Assembly (NCBI GenBank): GCA_009602735.1
Contig: WELA01001035.1
Span: 13,498-77,497, forward strand
Origin: Mesotaenium endlicherianum
Lineage: Eukaryota
Length of the DNA stretch: 64,000 nt
Reading direction: 5' to 3'
The translations under genes and the position numbers were made by a program. Positions 45,678 through 59,800 of this stretch are shown piece by piece (positions within the stretch are counted from its first letter, which is position 1; every line of letters starts with the position of its first letter). Below the pieces are notes generated by a model. That model was not told where the DNA came from. It was given only the letters and a program-made list of their open reading frames with translations, and did not search any database.

Positions 45678-48600
45678 TCACACAGGCGGCGGGCCAGGGC
45701 TGCGGCGAGAGGGGCCTCCTCCTCCTCCCACACCACCGGAGGGCTTCCCAGCATACTCCGGTCTCATCCTCGGGGGGCCTTGCGCGCCTCCCATGTTCCC
45801 CTGCGTGCGCCCTCCTGCCCCGGGCGGCCCTCCTCCACGCCCCCCCCTCTGCCCCCCAGCAGGACCGTGCATGTTCGGAGACGAGCCCCTTTGCATGCCA
45901 GCGCCGCGCCCGGGGTTCCTTTGGTCTGCCGGTATGCCGCCCATGCCGTTGCCACTCATGTTGTTCCCACCCATCCCGCCACCGCCTCCTTGCTGCTGCT
46001 GCTGCTGCTGGAGGCCAGGTGGGCCCGCAGGCCCTACAGGGGGGCCAGGAACGCCCCGCATGGGGGGCCCGCCACCACCTCCACCTCCAGCCCCGCCAGC
46101 GGCAGCGCCGGACAACCTGGGTGGCCGTATGCGTCTCTGTTTGCCCATCCCGCCGCTGCCGTTGCCCGCCTGCTGCTGCTGCTGTTGCTGCTGCTGCACA
46201 GAGCCGCCGCCGCCTCCCATGCGGGGCCCGCCCCGCGACCCTCCTTGACCCAGCTGCTGGTGCTGCTGGTGGTGCTGGCGCTGCTGGTGCTGGTGCTGGT
46301 GGTGCTGGTGCTGGTGCTGCTGCTGCTGCCCCCCCCCGCCCATTGGGGGCGGCCCCAGGGAGGTCACAGTGGGCGAGGAGGAGTCCCCAAGGCCGAGCTC
46401 ATCCGGGAACTGGGCGGCAGCGTCGCTGGTGGAGTACGTGTCATTCGCCATCTGGCGCGGGGGGGGCGGCATGTTGCCGCTGTTGCTGCCCATGTTGTTG
46501 TTGTTGGTGCCGCCATTGTTGCTGTTGTTGTAGGGCGACGCTGAGTGCGAGTGCGGCGCATGGAGCGGCCGGCCCCTCGGGCCCACGCCCATGGAGTGCT
46601 GCGGAGGCGCCATGTGGTGCATGGGCTGCATAGGGAAGCCCAGGAGAGGGCCTGACGAAGGGGGCACGCCTCCCCCGTGCTGCGGCAGGCCAGAGATGCG
46701 GCCCCAGGGCGCTGGACCATCCACGCCTCCAACCTGCAGCCTCCCACCATGTTGAGAAGGCGTCAGACAAACGCAGACTCAAGTCTAGAACAAGCAGGTC
46801 AGGATCCAAACGCCGGGCAGGAAAGGGCTGAAGGGTAGGGTAGAGTAGGGTAGGGTTGGGTTGTGCGGTGTGCAGGGGGTGTACCTGGAAGGGGGCAGAC
46901 AGGTTGGGATCGAAGGCACCGTGGGGGCCGGGGCGCCCCAGGGACAGCCCAGCAGGCCCGGGAGCCATCCGCTGCTGCTGCTGCTGCTGCTGTCCCATCA
47001 CGGGCCTCACTCCTCCTCCCCCCCCTCGGTGCTGCTGCTGCTGCTGCTGCTGCTGCATGTCAACAGGGCCGCCGACCATAGATGCGGGGCTGGGGGGGGC
47101 AGGCGAGGGCGTGTGCTTCCAGTCCGGCTGCTTCCCGGTGGGCAGGTATGCGGGGAGATAGCCCATGCCCAGCTGCCCAAAGGGGTTGTTGTACAGCAGC
47201 ACAGGGGGCGGGGGGGGCGCTTGCAGGCCGCCTGCCACGTTGCCAGCAGCTGCCGGGTTGAGGAAGGGGCTGGGGAAGGCAGGCGCGCCGTAAAAGGAAT
47301 CGAGGCCGCCACGCGAGTGGGAGTGCGAGTGCGCCGGGTGCGCCGCCCAGCCGCCCAGGCCCGCGCGGGCCGCGGCCGCGGCTGCGGCGTCGGCCGTCTG
47401 GCCAAGGCTGAAGGGGAACATGGAACCGCCCAGCGCGTCCAGCGAGGGGAACGGCGAGCCGCCATTTGGCATGCCCGGCATGCGCTGCTGACCCAGCGAG
47501 GCAGGCCCCCCCTGCCTGGTGGGCGAGCCGTTGCCGCCCACCGTGGCCGGGGCTGGATCCAGCGAGAGATCCGCTGGCAGCGCTGACGCCATGGAATCCT
47601 CCTCGTGCTCCACTGCCGCCCGCCCTGCCCTGCCTGCCACCCCCCCTGCTCCGCAACCCAGACCCCCAACAATTTCCATTCGATTCAGCACGAACGCCTC
47701 CCTTCGCGCACTAGTGACCGCTCGTAGAACAGCACGTGACTGCCTCGCGCCAGCACTGCCACCACGAGGTCGGATATAAGCGGCAAGAGCAGTGAAGAAG
47801 AATGCGCAGTCTCTCAGCGCGCACACAAGGGCCGCCTCCTTCTGCTGCTCAGGAGGACCCCAGCACCGCGCGCGATGGATGTCTCAGATGGCAAGCGCGA
47901 GCTTGCGCGCGAGGGGCGGCTTCCTGAAAGGTACAATTACACAGCAGACGAGTAAAGGCGACAGGTGGCGTGGGAACAGGAGGCAGGCACCTGGCGAGAT
48001 GCGGGGCTCAGGAAAGGCATCTGCGTCGGACGGCAGCAGGCCCTCGACGCGCGACAGGTCAATCTCGCCCTCGCCCTCGTTCTCACACTCCTCCTTGCCG
48101 GCCTCATGACGCGTGCTCCCCACAGACTCGTCGCTGCTGATGGCGGCGGCGGCCACTGCCGACGCGGCCGCCTCTGCCTGGCGTTCGGCCTCGGCATCCA
48201 GTAGTATGCTGCTTGTGCTGGTGCTATTGCTGGCAGTGGTGGTGGCGGCGGGAGCGAGGGCAGGGGCGCGTGTCTGCGCCTCTTCTGGGCGTGCTCTCTT
48301 GGTCTTGGCAGGGCCGCGGGGCAGAGCCGCCTGCTGCTGCTGGTGGTGGTGAGGCGGTGGAGCAGCCATAGTAGCCGCAGCTGCAGCAGCCAAGACCTCC
48401 ACCTTGCTGCGGCTGCTGCTGTTGCCGCCGCCGCCACCGTCTTTGCCGCCTGTCTTGTGGCCTCCTCCTGCTGCTGCTGCTCCACACCCGCCACACCCAT
48501 CCCCCTCAGCACTGCAGCTGTGCAAAAACACGTTCCGTTGAATTACCCCTCCTCTGTCAAATCATCTCACAGGGGCAGTAAGCCCTCATATGCAAGTGCC

Positions 48601-49128
48601 AATGGGCCCTTCGTTTGTGATGCTGCAGGTAAGTATAGCATCCCTCACACACCATATTCCATGCAAGAGATATCCTGCCAGATGACCCTGAGCTTGCAGA
48701 ATACTTCCCTACCTGATCACAGAGCACAAGAAATGAAAGCAAGGCATCAGCATTGAGATACAGCACAGAGAGGCCAGGGGCGGGAGAAAGAGCACGGCAC
48801 GGCGACATACCAAACTGGATCGGGGCGGCAGAGAAGATGCCAGACATGGCAGCAGGAGCAGCGGCTGCCGGCGCGGAGACTGAGGGGTCCAAGAGAGGGG
48901 CCCCAGCCTGGCTGCCGCCCAAGTGGGGCTTGATGCTCTCCTCCAGCTGGATCTGCGTCAGACTCACCACCTGCTGCCCACGCTCCCCATTGCACCACCA
49001 TGCCAACCATCCGTGACTCAGCTAGGCACGCGTGACACTGCTGTTGGAACACAGGCCTAGAGTGGGCAATAGAGAGGGAGAAAAGCGGCAGAGGGAGGGG
49101 AAGAGGGGTGAGGAGGAGAAAGGTGCAC

Positions 49129-49166
<38 letters not shown>

Positions 49167-51677
49167 AGGAGGAAAGAGAGCACACACCATGGGACGGAGG
49201 CTAAGCCAGGCCCTCAACGTGCACGATGATGACAGTGATGTCATCTGTTCGAGTCTCGTACTGCAGCCACAGACGGTACGACTCCGCAACTATTGCCCTG
49301 CATGCCTCCACCGGATCGGGGTGCTTCGCCACCTGCAGCAAGGAGCAGAGGCCAAGGCCGAAACAGCGCAGGCATAGTTTGAAGGGGAAGGGAGGGCAGA
49401 TGCATAGGAGAAGAATGATTGGATCCTTGCTCCAGTGCAAGGCTGACAGGGCAGGGAGGAGGAGCTAACCCAGCTTGGTGTACCAAATCCCCTGCTGCAG
49501 CAGCAGGCAGCAACAGCCAGCCCACATGGTAGCCCTTGCTAGAGGACTAAGGACAGCGAGGTGCATGCAGTTACGCACGACAGCTGCAGTCAGTCTAGAG
49601 CTACACTGCTCATGGCAGACGGCGCGCACATCCTTCACAGGCACACCTCTTCGTTGCATGCTTCTGCCACACCATTCACTTATATCACTTGCATTCTCTG
49701 GCCCACAGTCGCGGAAAAAGGCTTGCTTGCCAGCACCTAGGTCAGTTCTAAGTAAACAATGAGCGCCAAACAGCAGCCCCTCAACAATACGTTGGTTGGT
49801 GCCTGAGGAAGCAAGTGCTCTCCCTCTCTCCCCCCCAACACGCACACACACTCACCATGTCCACTACGGCTTGACTGGACAGGAACTCGAAGACGCCGTC
49901 GCTAGCAAGGAGAAAGAAGGGATGCTGCGCCGTGAGGTCCAGCACTAGCAGCTCCGGGACAGNGCGACTGCCACGGGAGTGCCCTCGCCGCTCTCATCTG
50001 CCAGTGCTGCCTCTCCAACCCCCCTGCACGATCACACCATATAAATAAGTCAGACGTCAATGAGTTGCAAAAAATAAGAGAAACAGTTTGCAGCAGACCC
50101 AGTATCAGCCTTCAATCAAAACTTTCTTCATCAGAAGCGTAGCTTCCCCGCAGATACATAAGAAGCGCACTCGTCCATACACTGGCCTGAAAGAGGGTGG
50201 AAGAGTCTGGGATGGGAAGTGTGCTTCAAAGCCAGCACCAGAGCATCGGAGGGGTAAAAGCAATCAGTCCAGAGAAGCAGCAGCCACATGTAGTAAGCAG
50301 GTTTACTGAGAAAGGGGGCTCCTGCAGCAGAAGGCAGCGGCCTACCTTGCAGCTTTGGCAGAAGGTGCCGCAGGAGCCCCGATCGGAGCCGGGGCCAACC
50401 CCGGCACAGCCAGGAGGCCGCTGACCTGAGCGGCTGACAAGGCCGGGCCTCCGCCGCCTGCTGATGGGGCCGGCGGGCTGGTGGCACGGGAGTTGTCGTC
50501 CCCCGAGCCTGCGGTGGTGCGGCTCCCCGCCTGGGCCTGCCTGGACTCGGACACCCCGCTGCTGCCCTTGGGACCCCCCGTGCTCGCGCTTGTGACTGCG
50601 CTGCTGGTGCTGGCGGTGCTCTTGTGAGCAGGCCTCTTGCGGCCCGTTAGGTCTCTCCCCTGCAATAACGACAGCGCCGGTGACGCGCACACCCGCAGCA
50701 ACAACGGTGTCAGGGTCAGGCAGACTCACAATAGTGGCAGCGTGGTCGGGAAGCAATCAGATTGCATCCACTCCTCACCCACGGCACACAAGCAGGGCAA
50801 GCTCTCTCAACCCCAGTCGCTCAAGAAGCTTATTTGTTCGTTGCCCGCACACAAGCAAGCTTGGTAATCCAAACAAAAGGAACCAGTACACAAGCAAGCT
50901 TATACGCTCCGCTGCAGGGGTGCTCGAGTGGACGAAAGGGAGGAAAGGGAAGGGAGGGAGAGGGAGAAGAGAAGCGGAGGTGGGGCAGGGGCAGCACCTT
51001 GGGGTCGCGGGTCTTGGCCTTGAGCTCCTTCTCGCGCTGCTCGCGCCGATCGTTCAGCATCTGGCGCTTGGAGCGCACTTCAATGAACTCGCTCTCCACG
51101 CGCCGCCCCTCCTCGTCATACTCCACCGCAGCCTCCAGCAGCACCAGGTGGTTGCTAGCTGCGTCTGCCCCCCGTTCCCGCTCGTCCTCGTCTGCCAGCC
51201 CCCCTCCTCCTCCTCCAGTGCGCTTGTAGGCGGCGGGCGCCCCCACACTGCCCGCACTGCCCCCGGAGCTGATAGTGTTGTTTTCCAGCCTTGACGTCTC
51301 CCCATCCTCTGAGGCAATGCCCACAGACTCTGCACCTGCACCAGCACCAGCACGAGCAGCGACAGCAGCAGCAGCAGCATCTGCAGGACCCACCACAGTA
51401 GCGGTGGCCGGGGCAGCGGCAGATGCAGCAGTGCTCAATGCCGACTGCTCGCTGCCACCGCCTGTGTTGGCCAGGTTGAGGGAGCTCTCCACACTGGAGC
51501 TGCTGGCGCCCCCGTCCAGGCTGCCAGCTGGCGGCACCTCCTCGCGGCGCCGGATGACGCGCCGGCTCGGGCGCGTGCGCACCACCACGCCGTCAGTTCC
51601 AACTTCCGACACAAAAGCAGGCCCCAGGTGGTGGTGGTTCCCGCTAACATCCAGAGCACCAGCAGCAGGGGGAAACC

Positions 51678-51709
<32 letters not shown>

Positions 51710-54700
51710 GTAGAAGCAGCAGATGAGCTGTTGGCTCGGCCCCTCCCTCTACCCACAACGCCAGGACCGCCCGCGCCCATGCCACGCCCTCTGCCAGTGC
51801 CCACAGGCTGCTGCTGCTGCTGCTGCTGCTGCTGGTTGTAACCAGCCATGCCCTGCAGCTCCTGTGGGAGCCCCCCCCCACCAGCAGGCAGAAGCCCATC
51901 CTTGCGGAGGGGCCGGTAGCGTCCTCCTACCCCGGGAAGCCCAGCCGAGGCCTCGCTGCCAGCGCCCAGGCTGCCACGCACGCTCATGCTCCTGTCCCTT
52001 CCTCTGCGCCCCCCTCCTCCCCCACCGGGAGCCCCAGGCCTCATGCCGCCTCGCCACGATGACTCCACGGACTCTCTGCCTCCGCTCCCGCTGCCGGCGC
52101 CGCCACCCTGCTGCTGCTGCTGCAGCTCCGCATTTGCCCCGCCCTCTCCTTCTCCCAGCTTCTTCCATGCATTCCTGCCATTGGGAAGACCCTCAGTCTT
52201 GCCTTGTAGCTCCTCCCCCCCCACACTCTCAGGTTGCGGGCGGGCCTGCTGCTCCTGCTGAGCGGCAGACTGCTGAAGCACAGCAGGTGCAGGAGCTGTT
52301 GCCGCCTGGCCGAGCTGGCCGAAATGCAGCACAGGCTGCTGCTGCTGGGACGAGGACGGAAACTGCCCAAACAGCGGCCCGAACTGCAAAGGCATCTGGA
52401 AAGACCCAATCTGTATGGCTGGCACGGGGCCAGGGAACAGCTGGTTGCCTGCCAGGTGGTTGTCAAAGGGCACACTGAGGGGATTATGCGGTTCTTTGTG
52501 GGTAATGGAGAGGGGGTTGTCCTCCGCTGCCGCCACGGCCGCACCCTTGAGACTGCCAGGAGGGGCAGAGGTACCAGCACTACCGGCCGCACCAGCGGCG
52601 GCGGCCGGGCCGCTTTCCGGCACCAGCTTTGCGCTCTCCCGCTTCTCCGCCGCCCGTCCTCCCTTCTCGTGGTCCCACCCCTGCATGAATCTCTGCTCCT
52701 TTGCAATGCTGGCCTCAGGCTTTCCTGCCACCTGGTTTGCATCCAGCTCCATGCTGCTCTTGTCCTGCAGTCCTACCTCAACTGGAGCGACTGCTGTGGT
52801 CTGCTTCTGCTGCTGCTCTACTGTGGAAAAGAGCGCTGTATTCTTACCCTGCGACTGCGGCTGCGGCTGTGGCTGGGGCTGCTTCTCAGGAGGCCCTGCC
52901 TGCACCTTCGGAGTCGCCTCTCTTTCCAAGACCGGCTGCTCCACTCTCCTCGCGTCTGAGGTCTCCAAGGCAGCCGCTCGACTCGCCACAGGTTTCGCAG
53001 CGACCTGCTCCGCAGCATCCCTGCTCTCCACGCGGGCAACTTCTGCAAAGGGGCGCAGCAGGGGTTTATCCCACGCGGAACCCTCGCTCTTGGGGGCCTC
53101 GTGCGCTCGGGAAGCACCGCCGCCTTGCTCCCCTCCCTTCGCAGGAACCTCCACCTTCCGCTGCTGCTGCTGCTGCTGGTATCGCTGCGGCTCTGGGCCC
53201 TCCCTTCTCTTGTTGTCAAGCCGCCCTCCTGCATCGCCGGGGCGCACCCCCTGGCCTTGTGGCACAGGCGCACGCCACTGGTTCGGAGGAGCCTGAGCCT
53301 GAGCCCCAGCCCCTCTGGGAGCAGGAGCAGGAGCTGCAGCAGGAGGCAACGGCATGACTGCATCAGTCTTGGGGCCGTCGCTGCGCGGGCGGCGCCACTC
53401 GTTCCTGTCCCCCGGGCTGCTGCGGCCCCCAAACCTCTGCTCCCCTGCGGCGTCACCACCTTCCCCCCCCGGGCCACCATCAGCATGCCTGCCACGAGGC
53501 CGGATGCCCGCCTGGCTGCGGGGAGGCTCCGCACTATCAGGGCCCTGCCACCGTCGATCTCGAGCATCTAGCGGCCGTCCAGGCGGAGGCGGAGCTCCTC
53601 CCCGCTCGTGGCCTGCGTTTAGCTGCTGATCGAACGCGCTGCCACGGTCGGGCCTGTTGAGGCCCCGGCGGGAAGGGCCGTTGCTGTCGGCGTAGGGCCT
53701 TCTCCCGAGAAGCGAGGAGTCCGATGCAGCGACCCCAAACAAGTCGTCTTCCTCGTAGAATGCGCGGTAGGAGCCCCGGGGGCCGTAATCTCCATTCTCC
53801 ATAAAGCTGCCCTTAGGCTCTGGGTAGCGGCCCAACCTGCTGTGGTGGTAGGTATCTCCGCCCGAGAAGTTGTCGTGCTGCTGCCTGCCGCTGTGAGGCC
53901 ACTCGTCTGGGCCTGCTGGGCTCAGGGGGCGATGGTCAGGCCCTCCTCCGTCAACCATCCACCTGCTGTTGCTGCTGCTGCTCATATCCCGGTGGCCATC
54001 CAAAGAAGGCCAGGAGGGTGCAACCTGGGAGGCCTTTGCGATCGGCTGTCGCACGTCGAAGGGCGCGGCAGAAAGATCCTCCGCTGGCCTCGACAGGAAG
54101 GGCTCGCCTTTGACCAGGCGGTCGTCGTCCTCCCATGTGCCAGCCTCCTCAGGGGAGCCTTGAGCCTGCTGCTGCTGCTGGCTCTCGTGGTCCGGCAGAG
54201 GCTCAGAGGAGGAGGAGTCGGGCAGCGCCGCTCTCTTCTCGGCCTCGCGGCGGGCGATGCGCTCCTCGAGCTCCACCAGCTTGCGCCGAGCATTCTCCCT
54301 GCGCTGCTCCTCCTCCTCCACCAGCCGCCGCTTCTCCTCCTGCACGGCTCGGCGCTCGTCCTCCTGCTTCCTCACCAGCTCGTCCGCCTCGCGCTGCACG
54401 CGCAGGGCAGCCTCCCTCGCCTCCTGCTCCGCACGCAGACGAGCCTCGGCCTCCTCTCGAGCCTGCCTCTCCCTCGCCTCCTGTTCAAGCCTGGCCATTT
54501 CCACCGCGCGCTCCTCCTCCTCTGCCTTGTGCTGCCTCTCCATCTCCTTCTGTTTTTGCAATCGCTCGAGCTCTGCCTCAAACGCTTCTCTCTCAGCATC
54601 TCGATAAGTTCCTGCTGAAGGCTCCTCCTTCTTCCTACGTACAGGTCTACCTTCATAAGAAAACGTGGGAGGGGGAGGCTCAATGCCTACACGCCGTGCT

Positions 54701-56109
54701 GATGTGAAGGGGATGGGCATAAAGTCCTGAAACAAATCATCCACATACTGGCCCCTGTTCCCCTGGCGAGAAGCTCCAAACTGGTTGCGGCCAGACATAA
54801 ACCCCTGCCCATCATGCCTTCCCATCGGACCCTTTTCAAACCTGGACGAATTGTCCCATCCTCTGGCAGGCCCATATCTGCCTGGCCCATTGCTGTACGC
54901 AAAATCCTGATTCCGACCGCTGCTATATGTACCCTGGCCTCGCGAATCCTCAGGCCCTCGGCGATGGTGGCCATCAAAGCGTCCAGCCATAGCCCCTGAG
55001 AAAGGCGCCCCTTGCCCGCCAGAATGAGGACGACCATGCGCGGATCGTCCAACCGAGCCATCGTCCTGCCTACCATAAGCCCTCTCCTCTCCGCGACCCT
55101 TACCATCGTAATTTCGATCTAATCCAGCATGATCTTGTGACCTAGAAAGGGGTTCAGAATCTCTTTCATCGTCAGCCCAGTTCCTGCTAGGTCTCTTGGG
55201 GGAAACATTGGCAAAAGCCACAGACGGAGCAGCTCTCCAGCTATCACTGACATCTGATGGCCTCTCAGGGCGCTGGTTCGATCTATCTTGCTGTTGAACC
55301 CTCAAGTTACCAGAATCAGCAGCCACTTTACTCTCCCCACTAACCCTTGGACCCACCTGATTCTCTTTGTTTGCCTGGCTATGCGACTGAAACTGCCCAG
55401 TAGAAATGACTTCAGTAGTTACAACTTGTCTCACTTGCACCTGTTGTATTTCATCAACGCCTTCTCTCTCTTTGCTCACTTTCCCCTCCCTGCTCAGAGG
55501 CCTTTGCACACCATCTTTATATCGGCCAACTTGAGGCAAGACAGGGGTCGTAGCTTGGAGAGAAGGGAAGTCTTCTCCACGTAGCACCACTACCCTCTCT
55601 GTAATTGTCACAGAGGTACTTGTAACACCTCTCGCTGCTGGCGGAGTATACACACCAGGCCGCACAGGCTTCTGTTGAGCAAGGGGCACTGGCTGCGGAG
55701 ACGCTTGCTGATACTCGGAGGGACCAAACGTGCCTCCTCCCCACGTGGAACCGGATGTAAGAGCTGACCTGACAAGCGGCACCTCAACCTGCGGAGCTGC
55801 TCCGACTGGAGCCTTCTCTTCAGCCTTTTCTTGTTTACTCCAACCTCCTCCAGATCCTCCGACCAACAAAACCGTGGGATCATTTCCTGCATGTTCACGC
55901 TTTAAGGAAGGCAAATTCACAGGTTTAGGAATGACAAGCCGAGATCCCTTGTGCGGCAGAACCCCACCTGGCCTACCACGGCCAAGAACGAGCATACCAC
56001 CATATGGACCAGGACGCGATTGAGGCCTCGATTGAGAAGCGGGCCTTCCATAGGAATTGTTCAGATTGACACTGGCATACTTACTACGACCTACTGGAGG
56101 CTGAGCCAT
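45678..56109 (-). CDS. Multi-exon PRRC2/BAT2-N-like low-complexity protein (plant At3g50370/MOS1-related type)
   Basis: N-terminal [32 protein letters not shown]; coiled coil; [47 protein letters not shown]. Exons: 56109-50998, 50659-50346, 50023-49964, ~48973-48811, ~48478-47991, ~47611-46886, ~46733-45678 (later boundaries approximate). Confidence 0.8.
49134..49162. repeat. (AG)n microsatellite
   Basis: Direct observation. Confidence 0.95.
49201..49962 (-). CDS. C-terminal two exons of a PP2C protein phosphatase
   Basis: 49962-49856 [39 protein letters not shown] intron; 49332-49201 [43 protein letters not shown]. Begins at the N at 49963. Confidence 0.85.
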
Positions 56110-56871
56110 AGTTTCTACTTTTAAGCGGATCTTTTCCGCGCATGGCAAGATGTCCTGCCACTCTACAGTGACACCATGCCCCAGGGGCAAGCTTTCCCTG
56201 CGTTTTGCAACACCTAGCTAATGATCTACAGTTACAGCACTAATGGCTGCGTTTCCGCTGTGCCGCGCTTGCAACTTCCCTACCTTGTTCAGTTGGCGCC
56301 TTACGTTTAAGCGACCATTGCGTCGCCGAATGATTTGTTGCGACAACTATCTGGCGCCAAACATTCATCGCTAATTTAGAGGGTGGTACGCGATATGAAA
56401 TGAGCCCATGATAACTGGTATGTAACCAAATATCTCGAGTCGTCCTTCTCTGCATGGCCGCACGCCACTATCAATGAGGGTCGCAACTTGTCCCGATGAT
56501 GGGTAGGTGAATATGGTTGGGAGAACATCTATGCAAACCCCTCACATCACCCACCTTCCATGCATGGTGGACCCGTCGACGCGGATGACTTCGAAAGAGT
56601 CGTGCGTTTCAACCTGTTTCAATCAGCCAATCTCCTCCCATGTCCATCGCAACGTTTTTTTGAATGCATGATAATTGAGTGTGCCACCGCAGGGCTAACG
56701 GTTTCTAAATACGTGTAGCTGGTGTGTACATGGAAAATTATATGGATAATGAGGGTGGATGCCCATGATGAAAGTGTGATAGCTGGTTAGTTCTTGAGAA
56801 GGGCTAATAGCTGGTGCATTATTCGCCCTTCGACGTCCCTGTGTTGTTAATGGACGTCCTTGTGCTTAGCC

Positions 56872-59800
56872 ATGTCCCGACTTCCGTCTTCGGCGCAGTT
56901 CCACAAATCCAAAACGCTGAACGATAAATATGTAAGTCGATGTAGAAGCTGCTACCCACTGCAAGGAATTGTATAAGAAGGACAAAAGAGGTTGATTGTG
57001 AGGTACATGCGTTTGTTTTGTTGTGGAGCAGCTGTTGGGTGATGAAATAGGCAAAGGAGCATACGGAAGGGTGTACAAGGGCCTGGACTTGAACAATGGA
57101 GATTTCGTTGCTATTAAGCAGGTTGGGCTGGAAAATATACCAAATGAGGATCTCGCAAGCATCATGGTATGCATTTGCTCCTTTCTCTGGCTGCTTGTTT
57201 CTAACGTATTAGTTCGCAGACAGTCAAGTAGCCTAGGCTTGTGATACATCATTGAAGGTCAATTGGGCAAGTTACTGTGGGCTAGGCAGGAGCTCTGCCA
57301 CTTTTGTGTATTGAGTCTCTTTCTACTTGCCCGTCACTTGTTTGTCTAGGAGGTTTAGCATGTTGACATGGAACTAGCAGCTTCATTCTGTGAGTGGTCT
57401 TTGAAAGCTCAGTGACCTTCACCATTGTTGCTTACTTGAGCTCTGGACAAAGGTGCTCACTATCTTTCCGGTGCTGGTTGGGACATGCTGGGGCATATGC
57501 TTCTCTGGCACCTGTATACAGCAAGAGATTGACCTCTTGAAGGTACATGCTGGCTCCCCCTCACTCTGCTTCCTGCTTGCATCTGTCAGTCAAGTTATGC
57601 ATCTGACGTAGTTGTGAGTGCTTCTTCAGTGGGCTTAATGGAGCATCTTACTTTGAGCTCAGTGGTAGGAGTTCATTGCACAGATGGTATTGACAAAACC
57701 GAGTGTGTTTTTTTACCGTATGCAATCCATGCAGAATTTGAATCACAAAAATATCGTCAAGTACCTTGGCTCCTTCAAGACCAAATCACATCTTTATATT
57801 ATATTGGAGTAAGTCTTTTCTTGAATCCCAGCCTGCGGCACAAGTATAGTATGTGCATTTCAGTGCATTTCTTTTTTTCAAAATATCAATAGCAAAAAGC
57901 TTGAGTTGGTAGGTTAAGAGTCAAGCTTCTAAGTACGCCTTTTGGCTGGCTGTGTACACACTGCTTTCTCATTCATGTAACTTTTCAAATTCATCACTGG
58001 GTGGTCCAGGTTCGTGGAGAATGGCTCGCTCGCAAATATTGTCAAGCCAAACAAATTTGGGGCCTTCCCAGAGTCTCTGTGTGCAGTGTACATCGCACAG
58101 GTCTACCATCCACGCCTGCACCTTCTTATGCTTTTACTTGGTCAACGGTGGGGGTGTATGACTTGATCAATAGTGGGAGTGAAGGTCACTACTCCCCTCT
58201 GCCGATGCTTTGTTGGAGCACTTCAAAAGTTTGTGGCTGCTATGCCCTGCCACCTTTTTACCATGCATGTTGCGTCAATTAAGCACAGGTGCCACATGAG
58301 GTAGAAGGTACGGTAAGTCACAACTAGCCTTAAAGGAGGGGGCGCAATTAAAGGTGCCGCTTTGATGCTAGCGTCCCCTGATGAGGGAACGCTGGTTGAG
58401 TGGCAGGTCCTGGAAGGTCTTGTGTATCTTCATGAGCAAGGAGTTATACACAGGGACATCAAGGGGGCCAACATACTGACCACAAAGGAGGTACATGCTT
58501 GTTATGTGACATGAGTTCCTCATCCTCTTTTTGCGTCCTGTGTAAAGCTGTAGCCCCATAGGGATGCTTCAGTGGGGCTGCAGCATGGTTGCACGCGTGG
58601 AATACCGATTATCGCCGTTGTAGCTAAAAGTAGTTGCAGCTTTTGCTCCCTTGGCAAGTTGCTGCAGAGCAGGAGTTATATACTTCATACACTGGATTGA
58701 TGTACTGGAGGGGCGCTGGGGAAGCAGGGGCTAGTGAAGCTGGCTGATTTTGGAGTGGCCACGAAAATGACTGAGGCCGACACTAAGGCCTCCGTGGTCG
58801 GCACGCCCTACTGGATGGCCCCCGAGGTGCACCTCTCATTCTTCCGTGCTGTCCTGTATCTGATGCTCTCACGTGCGCTCGCTGTCCTCTTTTGATCATA
58901 CCAACATCTCTTGTCAACTGAAATGTATTCTCTGGGACCTTCCTTTACAACAACATCCCGCGGATTTTGACCGCCGCTATGGCGGGCAGCTCAAGCCAAA
59001 CCTCGCTAACAGTCTTATCTTCCGCGAAGCTTGTTAAGAACAACCGCCCAAGGGTTGTTGCTGAAATCTTATTCCACAAACGAAGCCCCTTCTACAGAAC
59101 GGAGGAGGTGGTGGTAGAATGGGTTTCAGCTCTTATTCTTTCATTTGAATTTTGTCAAATTGGTTTCACCCGGGCGTGCCTTGGAGGTGGGTGCAGATCA
59201 TAGAGATGTCGGGGGTGACGGCTGCATCGGACATCTGGAGTGTGGGCTGCACGGTGATAGAGCTGCTGACATGTGTGCCGCCCTACTACGACCTGCAACC
59301 CATGCCTGCGCTCTTTCGCATTGTCCAGGTACAGCCCCTTTCCACAGACAGCCAGCCTCCACCCCCACCGCAGTTGAAAAATCTGCGGTCGCGGTAGCAA
59401 GGCCCGTCAATTCCAGTAATTTCCAGTCACTTCCAGTAATTTCCAGTCACTTCCAGTTAGTTCCAGTGTCTAGGCGCAATGGCATGGCAGACTGAAGAGG
59501 AAGCAGGGCAGTGACACCCAGGGGAGTGATTGTGCTTGTCCGGGTGCTTGCGTTGATGCTGCTGGTGGTGCTGGTGCAGGATGAGGGCCCTCCCATTCCC
59601 GAGGGCCTGTCTCCTGCCATCACCGATTTTCTCGTGCAGTGCTTTCAGAAGGTACGTGCACTCTGCTCGCTGCCTGGCCTTCAGTCAAACTTTGTGTGCT
59701 CTTCACACCTCACTGTGTATGCTGCTAGAGCACAGGGAGTTGAGTCATGTTGGCTGGACTGGGGGCTGGGTGCTGGGGGGGCACAGGATGCCAAGTCAAG

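Noticed and set aside
45780..55584. Numerous overlapping ORFs with poly-C/L/A tracts
   Set aside because: Alternative-frame readings of CAG/GCN repeats in the PRRC2-like gene.
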